Positions 28,639 to 39,926 are shown, counted from the first letter of the stretch. The stretch is 64,000 nucleotides of DNA from an uncultured bacterium (GCA_963695435.1 OY968788.1:349456-413455), one strand, 5' to 3'. A program made the numbers and translations. Notes: a model not told the origin generated them from the sequence alone.

Positions 28639-29203
28639 CGTGTGTGATAGTGACCAATTGTTTATTCGCACCAGGGATGTTACCTGAAACTGCTATGAGA
28701 TTATTTTCTTTATCCAAAGCTACGACTTCCAGATTTTTGACTGTAATTTGAGTGGAGCCCATATGTCCGCTCATGCGACGACCTTTGATAACACGGGCGA
28801 TTCCCATAGGACCAAGAGAACCTGGTTGACGGTGATGGTCGTGACCATGCCCCATTGGACCGCAAGCAAAGTTGTGTCGCTTTACTGTACCAGCAAAACC
28901 TTTACCCTTGCTCACTCCCGTCACCTCTACTTTGTCGCCAATGGTAAAAATATCCACGCTGACACTGTCGCCAACTTTATATTCGCCTTCAGGAAAACGA
29001 AATTCTTTCGCTTTCATTTGACGAGTGTCCTTGGCTCTTGTTTTGATTGATGCCAATTGCAACGCAAAATAGCCATCTTTTTCAGCCGTTTTAATCTGCT
29101 TGATGACATTGGGAAGGGCTTGCAAGATGGTCACAGCCTGAACTTTGCCGTCTTTGGCAACGCTTTGCCCCATCATTATTTTTTTGGCGATCAATCCTTT
29201 CAT
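28622..29203 (-). CDS. rplC: 50S ribosomal protein L3
   Basis: 193 aa. Confidence 0.95.
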   Translation of the reverse strand: MKGLIAKKIMMGQSVAKDGKVQAVTILQALPNVIKQIKTAEKDGYFALQLASIKTRAKDTRQMKAKEFRFPEGEYKVGDSVSVDIFTIGDKVEVTGVSKGKGFAGTVKRHNFACGPMGHGHDHHRQPGSLGPMGIARVIKGRRMSGHMGSTQITVKNLEVVALDKENNLIAVSGNIPGANKQLVTITHDGTRN

Positions 29204-29255
29204 ATAAATCCTTCTTCTGGTCCCATTAGACGGGACGCGGAAGTAATAAACAGAG

Positions 29256-29317
29256 TCTAGAGAGTAGAGATGAGAGAATAGAGATTGGCTCTACACTCTC
29301 GTCTCTCTTCTCTAGAG
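29256..29317. repeat. TAGAG-unit hairpin repeat copy A (28-nt purine arm, loop ATTGG, 29-nt pyrimidine arm) between rpsJ and rplC
   Basis: TCTAGAGAGTAGAGATGAGAGAATAGAG / CTCTACACTCTCGTCTCTCTTCTCTAGAG imperfect inverted repeat. Confidence 0.6.
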
Positions 29318-29320
29318 CTT

Positions 29321-29701
29321 CTACATTTTTACGTCGATGCTGACACCGGCCGGCAGGCTCAAGTTAGTGAGCGCGTCGATAGTCTTTGGGGTCGGATCAA
29401 CAATTTCAATCAACCGGCGATGGATTCTCATCTCAAACTGGTCGCGAGAATCTTTGTGAACAAAAGTAGATTTCAATACAGTATAGATTTTTTTATCGGT
29501 AGGCAGGGGAATTGGTCCCAAGACGACTGCACCAGTCCGTTCTGCGGTTTCGATAATCAGTCTGGCTGAACGATCAAGAATCCGATGATCATAGGCTTTG
29601 AGACGAATGCGAATTCGTTGCTTATCACTGCGTTGCTCGGATTGCTTCGCGCTTTCCGCCTTGTCTTTTTTCAAACCTGATTGTGTAGGAGCTTTGGCCA
29701 T
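29321..29701 (-). CDS. rpsJ: 30S ribosomal protein S10 with ~25 aa Lys-rich N-terminal extension
   Basis: [12 protein letters not shown]... Confidence 0.9.
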   Translation of the reverse strand: MAKAPTQSGLKKDKAESAKQSEQRSDKQRIRIRLKAYDHRILDRSARLIIETAERTGAVVLGPIPLPTDKKIYTVLKSTFVHKDSRDQFEMRIHRRLIEIVDPTPKTIDALTNLSLPAGVSIDVKM

Positions 29702-29766
29702 AGTTAGTGTGCAAAAAATCTTTTGTTTTAGGCGGCCCCAGAATCTGGAACCGCCTAATTTAATTT

Positions 29767-30954
29767 TTACTTATCAATCTTGGCAACAACACCTGAAGCA
29801 ACTGTTCTGCCGCCTTCACGAATGGCGAAACGCAAACCTTCGTCCATAGCGATTGGGGCAATCAGTACAACTTTTACTTTGGCTGTGTCACCCGGCATTA
29901 CGATTTCAGTCCCTTCACCCAAGATTACTTCACCAGTCACATCCGTGGTGCGGAAGTAGAACTGTGGTTTGTAACCTTTGGAGAATGGGGTGTGGCGTCC
30001 GCCTTCTTCTTTGCTCAAGACATAAATCTCGGCTTCGAATTCGGTGTGCGGAGTAATGCTTCCCGGCTTGGCGATAACTTGACCGCGTTCAATTTGTTCG
30101 CGCTCAACACCGCGCAAGAGCAAACCAACATTGTCACCGGCCTGACCTTGGTCCAGCAATTTGCGGAACATTTCCACGCCGGTCACAATTGATTTCTGGG
30201 TTGCCTTGATACCAATAATTTCAATTTCTTCGTTGATTTTAATAACACCCTGCTCAACACGGCCAGTAGCAACTGTACCGCGTCCCTTGATGGAGAAAAC
30301 ATCTTCAACAGGCATCAAGAAAGGTTTATCAAGGGCGCGAACTGGATCAGGAATGTAAGTGTCCAAAGCATTGACCAAATCCATAATTGGTTTGGCAGCC
30401 GCTTCGTCGGTTGGGTTCTCCAACGCTTTCAAAGCTGACCCGCGAATGATTGGGACTTCATCACCTGGGTAACCTTGCTTGGTTAACAAGTCGCGAATTT
30501 CCTGTTCGACGAGGTCAATAAGCTCTGGGTCGTCCACCATATCGGTCTTGTTCAAGAAAACAATAATTTGAGGCACACCAACCTGATGAGCCAAAAGAAT
30601 GTGCTCACGAGTTTGTGGCATTGGACCGTCAGTAGCGGCAACTACCAAAATGGCAGCGTCCATCTGGGCAGCACCAGTAATCATGTTCTTTACGTAGTCA
30701 GCGTGGCCCGGACAGTCAACGTGGGCGTAGTGACGCTTTTCTGTTTCATATTCTTGGTGAGATGTTGCAATAGTAATACCACGCGCCTTTTCTTCAGGAG
30801 CGTTATCAATTTCATCAAACTTTCTGGCAGTAGCCAAACCTTTGCTGGCCAACACTTGAGTGATAGCCGCAGTTAGGGTGGTTTTACCATGGTCGACGTG
30901 ACCAATTGTACCGACGTTGACGTGAACCTTGTCTCTCTTGAATGTTTCAGCCAT
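29767..30954 (-). CDS. tuf: elongation factor Tu
   Basis: [18 protein letters not shown]. Confidence 0.97.
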   Translation of the reverse strand: MAETFKRDKVHVNVGTIGHVDHGKTTLTAAITQVLASKGLATARKFDEIDNAPEEKARGITIATSHQEYETEKRHYAHVDCPGHADYVKNMITGAAQMDAAILVVAATDGPMPQTREHILLAHQVGVPQIIVFLNKTDMVDDPELIDLVEQEIRDLLTKQGYPGDEVPIIRGSALKALENPTDEAAAKPIMDLVNALDTYIPDPVRALDKPFLMPVEDVFSIKGRGTVATGRVEQGVIKINEEIEIIGIKATQKSIVTGVEMFRKLLDQGQAGDNVGLLLRGVEREQIERGQVIAKPGSITPHTEFEAEIYVLSKEEGGRHTPFSKGYKPQFYFRTTDVTGEVILGEGTEIVMPGDTAKVKVVLIAPIAMDEGLRFAIREGGRTVASGVVAKIDK

Positions 30955-31080
30955 AAATCCCTCTCAAAAACTTCTTATAGATTAGTATAGGTGTAAAAAA
31001 GATACTTTTAGAAAATACCTAAATTTGGAGAATAAAGCAAGGGTTTTTTCTGGGAAAATCGCCCATAGGAGGGGCTTCAG

Positions 31081-31118
31081 ATATAAAAGTGGGGCGGCGG
31101 GTCTTCCCGCTGCCCCAC
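31081..31118 (-). terminator. strong intrinsic terminator GTGGGGCAGCGGGAAGACCCGCCGCCCCAC + UUUU after plsC-like gene
   Basis: read on minus strand. Confidence 0.7.
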
Positions 31119-31135
31119 AAAATGGGCTTCGCCGA

Positions 31136-31858
31136 TCAGTCATACCAGGCTCTCATATCCTTTTTACTTGGCTGGAGCTCTTCCGGCAACATGGCGCGTA
31201 TCCGCCATGCAAGTCTACGAACCTCTCTCTTGAGAACATCCCTGGGGATGGTTTCTCCTAGATTGGCTCTGTAGCTAATCCGATAAGGAGCCCCGAAGAC
31301 GATCCTGATTTGGGACGGCCGGGGAAACTTACAGCCCTTCGGCAGGGCTCGGTGACTTCCAACAATGACGGCTGGTACGATGTGGCACCCACTGATAATA
31401 GCTGCTTTGACCGCCCCCGATCTACACCGCTCCATTCGGGGAGTATCACTGCGCTTCCCTTCTGGGAACATCATGATGGTTTCCCCATTTTTGAGAAGAT
31501 CGAGGGTGTACTCGAAGGCTGCCTTGGGGCTGCTTCGATGAAGTGCAACGGCTCCCAGCCCGATAATTACCCAAGCGAGTAGTTTGCTCAAACAGCTCTT
31601 CCCTTGGAAGAGTTCTATTTTGGCAATAACCCTGACCCTTCTGGGTATAGATATCCCAACCAATGGCGGATCAAGGTAGCTAATATGATTAGCTACCACC
31701 AGTACGCCTCCAGATTTAGGGACTTGAGACAGCCCGACAATCCGAAGCCTAAACCAGATCACTGCGCACACCAACACGATGGTGCGGATGCTCCAGTGAA
31801 AGATTATTTGCCACACCGACATAGGTCGGTGTGTCGAGTGTTTGCCTGACGACAACAT
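31136..31858 (-). CDS. 1-acyl-sn-glycerol-3-phosphate acyltransferase family (PlsC-like), ~52% GC
   Basis: motif I VVANHISYLD (HxxxxD), motif III FPEGKRS. Confidence 0.75.
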   Translation of the reverse strand: MLSSGKHSTHRPMSVWQIIFHWSIRTIVLVCAVIWFRLRIVGLSQVPKSGGVLVVANHISYLDPPLVGISIPRRVRVIAKIELFQGKSCLSKLLAWVIIGLGAVALHRSSPKAAFEYTLDLLKNGETIMMFPEGKRSDTPRMERCRSGAVKAAIISGCHIVPAVIVGSHRALPKGCKFPRPSQIRIVFGAPYRISYRANLGETIPRDVLKREVRRLAWRIRAMLPEELQPSKKDMRAWYD

Positions 31859-31937
31859 TGTGGGGGTGCGCCTCCTTTTTGATTTGAAGTGCCCTATAAA
31901 AATACCACTCGATTATTAGAAATGCAATCCCAGAGTC

Positions 31938-31965
31938 TAAAAAGCAGTCCGAAGAATCGGACTGC
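31938..31965 (-). terminator. intrinsic terminator GCAGTCCGATTCTTCGGACTGC + U-run
   Basis: read on minus strand. Confidence 0.6.
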
Positions 31966-31992
31966 TTGAAGTTTTGAATATTTTGTGGTGTA
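31964..31992. repeat. 29-bp direct repeat copy 1 GCTTGAAGTTTTGAATATTTTGTGGTGTA
   Basis: 27/29 identical to 32978-33006. Confidence 0.8.
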
Positions 31993-32002
31993 GCTTGGGT
32001 AT

Positions 32003-32034
32003 AGAAAAGGGGTCGCGGATTGCTCCGCGACCCC
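32003..32034 (-). terminator. intrinsic terminator GGGGTCGCGGAGCAATCCGCGACCCC + UUUU after hypothetical gene
   Basis: perfect 11-bp stem. Confidence 0.7.
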
Positions 32035-32069
32035 TGTGTTGTAGGTAAGGTGCGCTTTGACTAGCTCCT

Positions 32070-32801
32070 CTAGTCGAGCGAATGAACACCCCTCTCTTCT
32101 CCTATGTTGGCATAGAGGGCAATGCGAATGCATCCCGCCATGTGGTGGCCCACCCTTTCGTCTAAATAAAATCTTTCCGAGATCCAGTGGCACTCAAATG
32201 AGAAAACAGTAGCTGGGTATGCTCTAGAGAGACTAAGTGCATATCTCCTATTTTCTTCGTCTCTGTAGATAGTACCCAAGAAGATTGTTGGTACATCTTC
32301 ATAACCGCTGTCTCTCGGGATGAATCTTTGGTCATGGAGCAGGCCCTGGAGTACATTAGCATTAGGAAACATCCGACCAGCCAGTGTTTTCTTGACTTCA
32401 TCGAGATTGAAACAGAATCCTGGTCGTTTTTGGTCGGGTGGATAGTACAAATCAATCTGAAACGGATTCCACTCCCACTTACCCATCGAGGTGTCGTGGC
32501 TCTCAATCCTACCCTTGATATGAAGCCTATCTACAGGGGCGGGAGCCGCACAGTCAATCACCAAACTCGAGCGCTTCTTGGTTCGTTTGGAGGGAAGCAT
32601 GGGTTTCAGTAATTTGGCGCAAACTGGTTCGAGGGGTTTGCCCTCACGAATAGCTTGCAGGATTGGCTTTGCTTGGACAAAGTATGTTGCGGTGTACTTA
32701 CCGTCACGGGTTCCTTTTGCGATAGCAAGTAGGGTGCCAATAACCCATTCCGCCCATTCTGATAGCGTAGCGGGGCTAACCGCTTTCTTTTTCCTGAACA
32801 T
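32070..32801 (-). CDS. hypothetical protein (243 aa), ~50% GC, no recognisable motifs
   Basis: long ORF flanked by terminators and the 29-bp direct repeats. Confidence 0.5.
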   Translation of the reverse strand: MFRKKKAVSPATLSEWAEWVIGTLLAIAKGTRDGKYTATYFVQAKPILQAIREGKPLEPVCAKLLKPMLPSKRTKKRSSLVIDCAAPAPVDRLHIKGRIESHDTSMGKWEWNPFQIDLYYPPDQKRPGFCFNLDEVKKTLAGRMFPNANVLQGLLHDQRFIPRDSGYEDVPTIFLGTIYRDEENRRYALSLSRAYPATVFSFECHWISERFYLDERVGHHMAGCIRIALYANIGEERGVHSLD

Positions 32802-32951
32802 AGAACCTCCTTCTGCGGGACTAGCGCAGCCAACCTCGGTTACTCTCCAAAAGGGTAGAGTGTCTAGTTGGTAAAAAACAGAGATTTCGCACTTTCAAAC
32901 TACTGTTGATTAGGTTATCTGTCAAATAAAATTGCTCTCACATTGATTTTT

Positions 32952-32975
32952 CAAAAACACCCGCCTTTGAAGCGG
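32952..32975 (-). terminator. terminator-like hairpin CCGCTTCAAAGGCGG + GUGUUUUUG after fusA
   Basis: 6-bp stem incl. one GU. Confidence 0.4.
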
Positions 32976-32977
32976 AT

Positions 32978-33006
32978 GCTTGAAATTTTGAATATTTTGT
33001 GGCGTA
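32978..33006. repeat. 29-bp direct repeat copy 2 GCTTGAAATTTTGAATATTTTGTGGCGTA, immediately after fusA stop
   Basis: see copy 1. Confidence 0.8.
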
Positions 33007-33007
33007 A

Positions 33008-35080
33008 TTAGCCTTTTTTGGCGACCAGCTCGGCCTGAATGTTGGCAGGCACCTTCTCATAGTGGTCGAATTCCATTGTAGAGGAGGCACGGCCTTGGGA
33101 CATCGAGCGGAGGTTGGTGGCATAGCCGAACATTTCGGCCAACGGCACCAGTGCCCGAATCACCTTGGCATTAGCTCTATCCGTCATTCCTTCAATGCGC
33201 CCGCGCTTGGAGTTCAAATCTCCCATCACATCACCAGCATATTCTTCAGGGGTGACCGCTTCTACTTTCATAATAGGTTCCAACACAACGGGATTTCCTT
33301 TGCGCACACCTTCCTGCAAACACATACTCCCTGCGATTTGAAACGCCATTTCGTTGGAGTCAACTTCATGATACGAACCGTCAATCAAAGTGGCTTTGAT
33401 ATCTACAACAGGATAACCGGCGATAACACCGCGAGTAAGCGAAGATTCCACACCTTTTTGAACTGCGGGAATATATTCACGAGGAATAACACCACCAACG
33501 ATTTTATTAACAAATTCAAATCCACCAGTCTCAAGAGGCTCAAACTTGATAACCACATGTCCGTATTGTCCGCGACCACCGGTTTGTTTGATGTATTTCG
33601 TTTCGTTGACTGCTTCTTGCGTAATGGTTTCGCGATAAGCCACCTGCGGTTTACCGATGTTGGCTTCAACTTTGAACTCGCGTTTCATGCGGTCAACAAT
33701 AATATCCAAATGAAGCTCACCCATTCCTTCAATAATTGTTTGGCCGGAATCAGTATCGGTGTGCACACGGAAGGTCGGATCTTCTTCGGCTAATTTACCA
33801 AGAGCAATGGCCATTTTTTCTTGGTCAGCTTTTGATTTTGGTTCAACCGCAATAGAAATAACAGGCTCGGGGAAAGTAATCGATTCCAAAATAATCGGCT
33901 TGTCTCCATCACAAAGGGTGTCACCAGTGGTCACTTCTTTCAGCCCCACCATAGCGCCGATTTCACCTGCAAAAATTTCATCCACTTCTTCGCGGTGATT
34001 ACTGTGCATCCGCAAAATTCGGCTAACTCTTTCTTTTGTTCCTTTTGTAGCATTAGTCACATACGAACCAGATTTCAATGTTCCTGAATAAACACGGAAA
34101 TAAATAAGTTTTCCGACAAACGGGTCAGTGGCAATTTTGAAAGCTAGCGAAGAAAATGGTTCAGAGTCACTGGCTTCGCGAATAATTTCTTCACCGGTTT
34201 TTGGATCTAATCCTTTAACCGGAGGAATATCCAATGGATTCGGAAGATAATCAACAACCGCGTCCAAAAGTTTTTGAACACCTTTATTTTTCAAAGCGGA
34301 ACCGCACATTACCGGCACAAATTTGCCGGCAATAACAGCTGCTCGCATTGCTTTTTTTAATTCATCATTGGTAATAGCTTGGTCTGCCAAAAACCGCTCC
34401 ATTAAAGCGTCTTCGGTTTCAACAATTTTTTCCAGCATTTTGTGTCGATATTCTTTTACCAATTCTTTCATATCGTCTGGAATATCTGTTTCTAAAACAT
34501 CTTTACCTAAATCATCTTGATAAAAATAAGCTTTTTCGGTAATCAAATCGACTAACCCTTTGTAAGTTTCAGCGGCACCAATAGGAAGCTGAATTGGAAC
34601 GGCATTAGCGCCTAATCTATCCAAAATAGTTTTGTAGCAAAAATAAAAGTCCGCGCCCATTCGATCCATCTTGTTCACAAAACAGATGCGTGGGACGTGG
34701 TACTTGTCCGCCTGACGCCAAACAGTCTCGGATTGTGGTTCCACACCCGCGACACCGTCAAACACCACTACACCGCCGTCTAGTACGCGGAGACTGCGTT
34801 CTACTTCAACTGTGAAGTCAACGTGTCCGGGGGTGTCGATAATGTTGATGCGGGAATCGTTCCAGAAACAGGTGGTAGCGGCGGAAGTAATTGTAATTCC
34901 GCGTTCCTGTTCCTGTTCCATCCAGTCCATAACCGCCTCGCCTTCATGAACTTCACCAATCTTGTAAGTCTTTCCAGTATAAAAAAGAACTCGTTCTGTA
35001 ACGGTAGTTTTTCCGGCATCAATATGAGCAATAATGCCGATGTTTCTGGTTTGAGCTAGTGAATATTGTCTTTCTGACAT
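33008..35080 (-). CDS. fusA: elongation factor G
   Basis: 690 aa, [17 protein letters not shown]. Confidence 0.97.
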   Translation of the reverse strand: MSERQYSLAQTRNIGIIAHIDAGKTTVTERVLFYTGKTYKIGEVHEGEAVMDWMEQEQERGITITSAATTCFWNDSRINIIDTPGHVDFTVEVERSLRVLDGGVVVFDGVAGVEPQSETVWRQADKYHVPRICFVNKMDRMGADFYFCYKTILDRLGANAVPIQLPIGAAETYKGLVDLITEKAYFYQDDLGKDVLETDIPDDMKELVKEYRHKMLEKIVETEDALMERFLADQAITNDELKKAMRAAVIAGKFVPVMCGSALKNKGVQKLLDAVVDYLPNPLDIPPVKGLDPKTGEEIIREASDSEPFSSLAFKIATDPFVGKLIYFRVYSGTLKSGSYVTNATKGTKERVSRILRMHSNHREEVDEIFAGEIGAMVGLKEVTTGDTLCDGDKPIILESITFPEPVISIAVEPKSKADQEKMAIALGKLAEEDPTFRVHTDTDSGQTIIEGMGELHLDIIVDRMKREFKVEANIGKPQVAYRETITQEAVNETKYIKQTGGRGQYGHVVIKFEPLETGGFEFVNKIVGGVIPREYIPAVQKGVESSLTRGVIAGYPVVDIKATLIDGSYHEVDSNEMAFQIAGSMCLQEGVRKGNPVVLEPIMKVEAVTPEEYAGDVMGDLNSKRGRIEGMTDRANAKVIRALVPLAEMFGYATNLRSMSQGRASSTMEFDHYEKVPANIQAELVAKKG

Positions 35081-35105
35081 TCCGTTTACATTTATTCTTT
35101 GAAAG

Positions 35106-35200
35106 GGAAAAAGAGCAGTGAGCTTGTTCTGCTGTGAGCAGAATGGGCTTTGCCCACGAGCGTCGAGAGAAAACCGTAGGTGTTCTCTCGAGACTCTCTT
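35106..35200 (-). repeat. X-element copy 2 between rpsG stop and fusA start, sense orientation
   Basis: TCGAGAGA...TCTCTCGA-CGCTCGT-GGGC-AAA-GCCC-A-TTCTGC-TCACA-GCAGAA-CAAGCTCACTGCTCT. Confidence 0.6.
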
Positions 35201-35674
35201 TTAGAATCGCGAGAAGTGTGCGAACGCTTGGTTCGCTTCCGCCATGCGGTGTGTTTCTTCCTTTTTCTTCATTGCATCACCGGTACCGTTGTAAGCATCA
35301 ATCAATTCTTGAGTTAATTTTTCGGCGATTGGTTTGCCTTTGCGAGCACGAGCAACTGTCACCAACCACTTCAAAGCGATAACAATTCTACGGTCAGCAC
35401 TAACTTCGGTCGGCACCTGCAAGTTAGAACCACCCATACGACGAGCTTTCAACTGAACTGATGGAGCAATATTGTGAATTGCTGTATCAAAAACTTCTAC
35501 TGGTTCTTTACCCAATTTTTTGGCGGCGGCTTCCAGAGCCGTATAAACCGCTCTTTCGGCGACAGTTTTTTTGCCGTTCACCATTACTTTATTAATAAAC
35601 CGACCAATCATAACATTGCCGTATTTGCGGTCGGGTTCGTGAAGATTATTAAATTTGGTTTTTCCTCTCGCCAT
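35201..35674 (-). CDS. rpsG: 30S ribosomal protein S7
   Basis: 157 aa. Confidence 0.95.
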   Translation of the reverse strand: MARGKTKFNNLHEPDRKYGNVMIGRFINKVMVNGKKTVAERAVYTALEAAAKKLGKEPVEVFDTAIHNIAPSVQLKARRMGGSNLQVPTEVSADRRIVIALKWLVTVARARKGKPIAEKLTQELIDAYNGTGDAMKKKEETHRMAEANQAFAHFSRF

Positions 35675-35676
35675 AA

Positions 35677-36105
35677 TTATTTTCCTACTACTTCAGTTTT
35701 CTTAGCACCATATTTACTGCGACCTTGTTTGCGATTGGCTACTCCAGCAGTATCTAGCTTGCCTCGTACCACATGATAACGAACACCCGGAAGGTCTTTT
35801 ACCCTGCCTCCGCGAATCATAACGATAGAGTGCTCCTGCAAGTTATGACCAATGCCGGGAATATAAGCCGTCACTTCCATTCGGTTGGTCAGCCTGACAC
35901 GAGCAATTTTACGCAAAGCGGAGTTTGGTTTTTTCGGAGTGATAGTAGTCACCTTGGTACAGACACCTCTTTTGAAAGGTGAGCCTTTAGGTAATTTGAC
36001 CGGCCGATTTTTCAGCGTGTTAAAGCGCCGCATCATTGCGGGCGATTTGCTCTTGTGAGGAGCTGTCTTGCGACCTGATTTGATTAGTTGATTTACTGTT
36101 GGCAT
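35677..36105 (-). CDS. rpsL: 30S ribosomal protein S12
   Basis: MPTVNQLIK ... [10 protein letters not shown]. Confidence 0.95.
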   Translation of the reverse strand: MPTVNQLIKSGRKTAPHKSKSPAMMRRFNTLKNRPVKLPKGSPFKRGVCTKVTTITPKKPNSALRKIARVRLTNRMEVTAYIPGIGHNLQEHSIVMIRGGRVKDLPGVRYHVVRGKLDTAGVANRKQGRSKYGAKKTEVVGK

Positions 36106-36125
36106 ATGGGGAAGTCTATCTGATA

Positions 36126-39100
36126 TTACTCGGTTTTGTCAATCAGGTTAGAGATTTCACTGTGATATTCGTGGAAACCGGTACCGGCAGGGATCAGTCG
36201 CCCAACAATGACATTTTCCTTCAATCCTCTAAGATAATCGACCTTACCGGCTACTGCAGCATCCACCAACACTCGAGTGGTTTCCTGGAAGGATGCGGCA
36301 GAAAGGAAGCTTTCGGTATTAAGTGATGCCTTGGTGACACCAAGCAAAAGTTCAGTGGCGATTGGCGGAGTTTTGCCCTTGGCGACCAATTCGGCGGCAA
36401 GAACATTGAATTTGAGCCGATCAATTATTTCTCCAACCGTAAGCTCACTATCCCCTTCTTTATCAATACGCACCTTAGAAAACATTTGGCGGACAGTAAT
36501 TTCGATGTGTTTGTCGCTAATGTTCTGTCCCTGCAAGTTATAAATTTTCTGAATCTCATCAATAATGTAGCGCTGGGTAGCTTCTACACCCTTGAGCTGC
36601 ATCAAATCTTTCAAATTCAACTGGCCTTCGGTTATTTGCTGACCCCGCTCAACCGTATCGCCGTCATTCACGCGCAGGAATGTTCTTGCTGTCAGCTGGA
36701 ATTCGTAAGCTTGTTTTTTGGTGTAGGTTAGATAAATCGCGTTGCCTTCGAGATTAATCGTGCCGTTGCTCGGTGATTTTACTTCTTCGTTTTTAGCTAT
36801 CAGCAAAACATCATTGCGTTTTACTTTAGCGCCGTCTTCCACTTTTACTTCCGCGCCCTTCGGCACCGTAATATGAGCAATGGCGTCTTCATCGCCTTCT
36901 AGTCTCAAAATTTTCTTGTTGCCCACTTCCATCACACTAATAACACCCGTAACCGGAGCCATGAGCGCTTCCGTCTTTGGTGTGCGTGATTCAAACAATT
37001 CCTCCACTCGAGGCAAACCTTGAGTAATGTCAGCGCTGGAAGCCACACCACCAGTGTGGAAAGTTCTCATTGTAAGCTGGGTACCCGGTTCACCAATACT
37101 TTGGGCGGCCATAATTCCCACTGCTTCACCAATGGCGACTAAATGACCACGAGCAAGGTCTTTGCCGTAACATTTTTGACAAATTCCCCACGGAGCTTGG
37201 CACCAAATCGGTGAACGAACCACAACCGAATCAATACCGGATTCATCAATCGCTTTCGCCAAGTCTTCGGTAATGTATTCGCCGTTAGGTACAATTACTT
37301 TCCCTTCCTTATCTTTAATAGTTTCGGCAGCGTATCGGCCGTCCAAGCGTTTGCTCAATGGGTCGATCAACAAATCTTCGGCACTGCGGTAAAGCCGGAA
37401 CCCCTGGGTGGCTCCGCAATCTGATTGAGCAACGACTACATCCTGGCAAACATCTACCAAACGGCGGGTCAGATAACCGGCATCAGAAGTACGCAACGCA
37501 GTATCAGACAAACCTTTACGAGCACCGTGTGTGGACAAGAAGTATTCCAAAGATTCCAGTCCTTCTTTGTAGTTGGATTTGACCGGCAACTCGATCATGT
37601 TACCAATGGCGTTGACTTTGGTTCCGACAATCCCAACCATCTGGTTGAACTGTTCCAAGGAACCTCTGGCGCCGGAATTGATCATCATAGCGGTCGGGTT
37701 GAATAACCGGCCACTAACTTGAGTTTTTAGTAAAGCTTCCACTTCTTGTTTGGTCTTTCCCCACAAATTGATAACCAAACGGCGGCGTTCATCAGCGGTA
37801 ATTAGACCTTCCTTGAATTGTTGCTTGATATTTTCAACTTTGGTATCAGTAGCCGTTACTAAACTTTCTTTTTCGTTAGGAATTTCCAAATCGGCGGCGG
37901 AGAAAGTCGCGCCTGAAATAGTAGCGTACTTGAAACCAAGATCTTTGATAGCGTTGACTAATTTGACTGTCCGTTCCTGGGTCTGATTTTTGTAACAATT
38001 GATAACAATTTTTTTCAACGACTTCTTGTCGGCAACATCATTGAAGTATTCAAATTCTTCCGGCAAAGCAGCGTTGAAAATCAACCGTCCAAGAGTGGTT
38101 TCTTTTATTTCGCCTTTGGCTGGCGCAATGATCGGCGTGTGAAGATTTATCGCACCGTGAGCTAACGCTAACCTTGCTTCATCAATATCGGTAAAGATTT
38201 TTTTACGCGCGCCTTCTTTTTCATCTTCTTTCAAAGTCAGGTAGTAGCAACCCAAGATCATGTCTTGGTCGGCCAGCACGATAGGATCACCTGTAGCTGG
38301 TTTCAGAAGATTTTTTGTGGATAGCATAATTTCTTCCGCTTCTTTTTGCGCGGGTTCAGAAAGAGGAAGGTGAATTGCCATCTGGTCACCGTCGAAGTCG
38401 GCGTTGAAAGCAGTACAAGTCAGCGGATGAAGTTGAATGGCATTGCCTTCCACCAAAATTGGTTTGAACGCCTGAATACCCAAACGGTGAAGAGTTGGCG
38501 CGCGATTTAGTAGCACATGATAGTGACCGATAACGGAATCTAGCGCGTCCCAGACTTCGGTGGTTTCCTTTTCCACCATTTTGCCGGCAGTTTTCACATT
38601 GTGAACAATGCCTTCGCTCATCAGTTTGGAAATTACAAATGGTTTGAACAATTCCAAAGCGATTGATTTTGGAACACCACATTCGTCCAGCGCCAAATTC
38701 GGACCAACTACAATTACCGAACGACCAGAGTAGTCTACGCGTTTACCGAGCAAGTTCTGACGGAAGCGACCTTGTTTTCCTTTCAACATGTCGCTTAGGG
38801 ATTTCAGTTGGCGTTTGGTGGCGGTAGTGGTGGAAGTTTCGCGGGCAGTAATATCAAACAAAGCATCAACCGCTTCCTGCAACATTCTTTTTTCGTTGCG
38901 GGTAATAACTTCCGGCGCACCGATTTCTACCAATTTCTTCAAACGGTTATTACGGTTAATAACCCGACGATACAAATCGTTTAGGTCAGATGTCGCAAAT
39001 CGGCCACCATCCAACTGCACCATTGGCCGAAGGTCTGGAGGGATAACCGGCAAAACTGTAATAAACATCCAAGACGGATGAAGTTTGGCTTTGAGCATCC

Positions 39101-39917
39101 CTTCCAAAAGACGCATTCTCTTTTGCAACCGGCGATATTTCTGACCAGCGGCTTCTTTCAGCTGAAGACGCATTTCTTTTATCTCGTCTTCTATATCCAT
39201 ATCTTTCACCAACTGGAATACTGCTTCGGCACCGATGCCGGCTCTAAATACTTGCCCATACTTTAGCGCAAGATTTCGGTATTCGTGTTCAGTAAGAATT
39301 TGCTTTAGGCGCAGATCTTTTACTTCAGTCACCGCTGTTTGGTAGGCAGCTTTGAGTTTTTCTAATCTATCAGTAAGCTCCGCGTCGTTCAGACGGTTTT
39401 GTTTGTGTTCTGACTTCAGGCGAGTGGTGTGAGTTTTGTATTCCTGTTCCAACTGACCCAGCGCCTGATGACGGGCATCTTCATCAATGTTGGTGAGGAT
39501 GTAGGCGGCAAAATAAATTACCTGTTCTAAGCGACGTGCTGGAACATTCAATGTCAGACCAAGTCTGGAAGGAGTTCCGCGCAAATACCAAATATGGCTA
39601 ACCGGCGCAGCTAACTGAATGTGCCCCATCCGTTCACGACGAACAGCAGAGCGAGTTACTTCAACTCCGCATTTATCGCAGGTAATTCCCTTGTAGCGAA
39701 TTTTTTTGTATTTTCCACAGTAACATTCCCAGTCTTTGGTGGGGCCAAAAATTCTTTCATCAAACAAACCATCTTTCTCCGGACGCAAAGTGCGGTAGTT
39801 GATAGTTTCCGGTTTCGTAATCTCACCATGCGACCACTGCAAAATGTGTTCCGGAGAGGCAATGCCAATTCGGACGGCGAGAAAGTCAGTAGATAATGTA
39901 GATGGTTCTTTTATCAT
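36126..39917 (-). CDS. rpoC: DNA-directed RNA polymerase beta' subunit
   Basis: 1263 aa, NADFDGDQM catalytic motif, Zn finger [21 protein letters not shown]. Confidence 0.97.
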   Translation of the reverse strand: MIKEPSTLSTDFLAVRIGIASPEHILQWSHGEITKPETINYRTLRPEKDGLFDERIFGPTKDWECYCGKYKKIRYKGITCDKCGVEVTRSAVRRERMGHIQLAAPVSHIWYLRGTPSRLGLTLNVPARRLEQVIYFAAYILTNIDEDARHQALGQLEQEYKTHTTRLKSEHKQNRLNDAELTDRLEKLKAAYQTAVTEVKDLRLKQILTEHEYRNLALKYGQVFRAGIGAEAVFQLVKDMDIEDEIKEMRLQLKEAAGQKYRRLQKRMRLLEGMLKAKLHPSWMFITVLPVIPPDLRPMVQLDGGRFATSDLNDLYRRVINRNNRLKKLVEIGAPEVITRNEKRMLQEAVDALFDITARETSTTTATKRQLKSLSDMLKGKQGRFRQNLLGKRVDYSGRSVIVVGPNLALDECGVPKSIALELFKPFVISKLMSEGIVHNVKTAGKMVEKETTEVWDALDSVIGHYHVLLNRAPTLHRLGIQAFKPILVEGNAIQLHPLTCTAFNADFDGDQMAIHLPLSEPAQKEAEEIMLSTKNLLKPATGDPIVLADQDMILGCYYLTLKEDEKEGARKKIFTDIDEARLALAHGAINLHTPIIAPAKGEIKETTLGRLIFNAALPEEFEYFNDVADKKSLKKIVINCYKNQTQERTVKLVNAIKDLGFKYATISGATFSAADLEIPNEKESLVTATDTKVENIKQQFKEGLITADERRRLVINLWGKTKQEVEALLKTQVSGRLFNPTAMMINSGARGSLEQFNQMVGIVGTKVNAIGNMIELPVKSNYKEGLESLEYFLSTHGARKGLSDTALRTSDAGYLTRRLVDVCQDVVVAQSDCGATQGFRLYRSAEDLLIDPLSKRLDGRYAAETIKDKEGKVIVPNGEYITEDLAKAIDESGIDSVVVRSPIWCQAPWGICQKCYGKDLARGHLVAIGEAVGIMAAQSIGEPGTQLTMRTFHTGGVASSADITQGLPRVEELFESRTPKTEALMAPVTGVISVMEVGNKKILRLEGDEDAIAHITVPKGAEVKVEDGAKVKRNDVLLIAKNEEVKSPSNGTINLEGNAIYLTYTKKQAYEFQLTARTFLRVNDGDTVERGQQITEGQLNLKDLMQLKGVEATQRYIIDEIQKIYNLQGQNISDKHIEITVRQMFSKVRIDKEGDSELTVGEIIDRLKFNVLAAELVAKGKTPPIATELLLGVTKASLNTESFLSAASFQETTRVLVDAAVAGKVDYLRGLKENVIVGRLIPAGTGFHEYHSEISNLIDKTE

Positions 39918-39926
39918 GATTTTGCC

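Noticed and set aside
33062-33793. Long plus-strand ORFs (243 aa, 88 aa) inside fusA, and similar antisense ORFs inside rpoB, rpoC, tuf, secY and the large surface protein
   Set aside because: They overlap well-supported conserved genes on the opposite strand. They are typical shadow ORFs.
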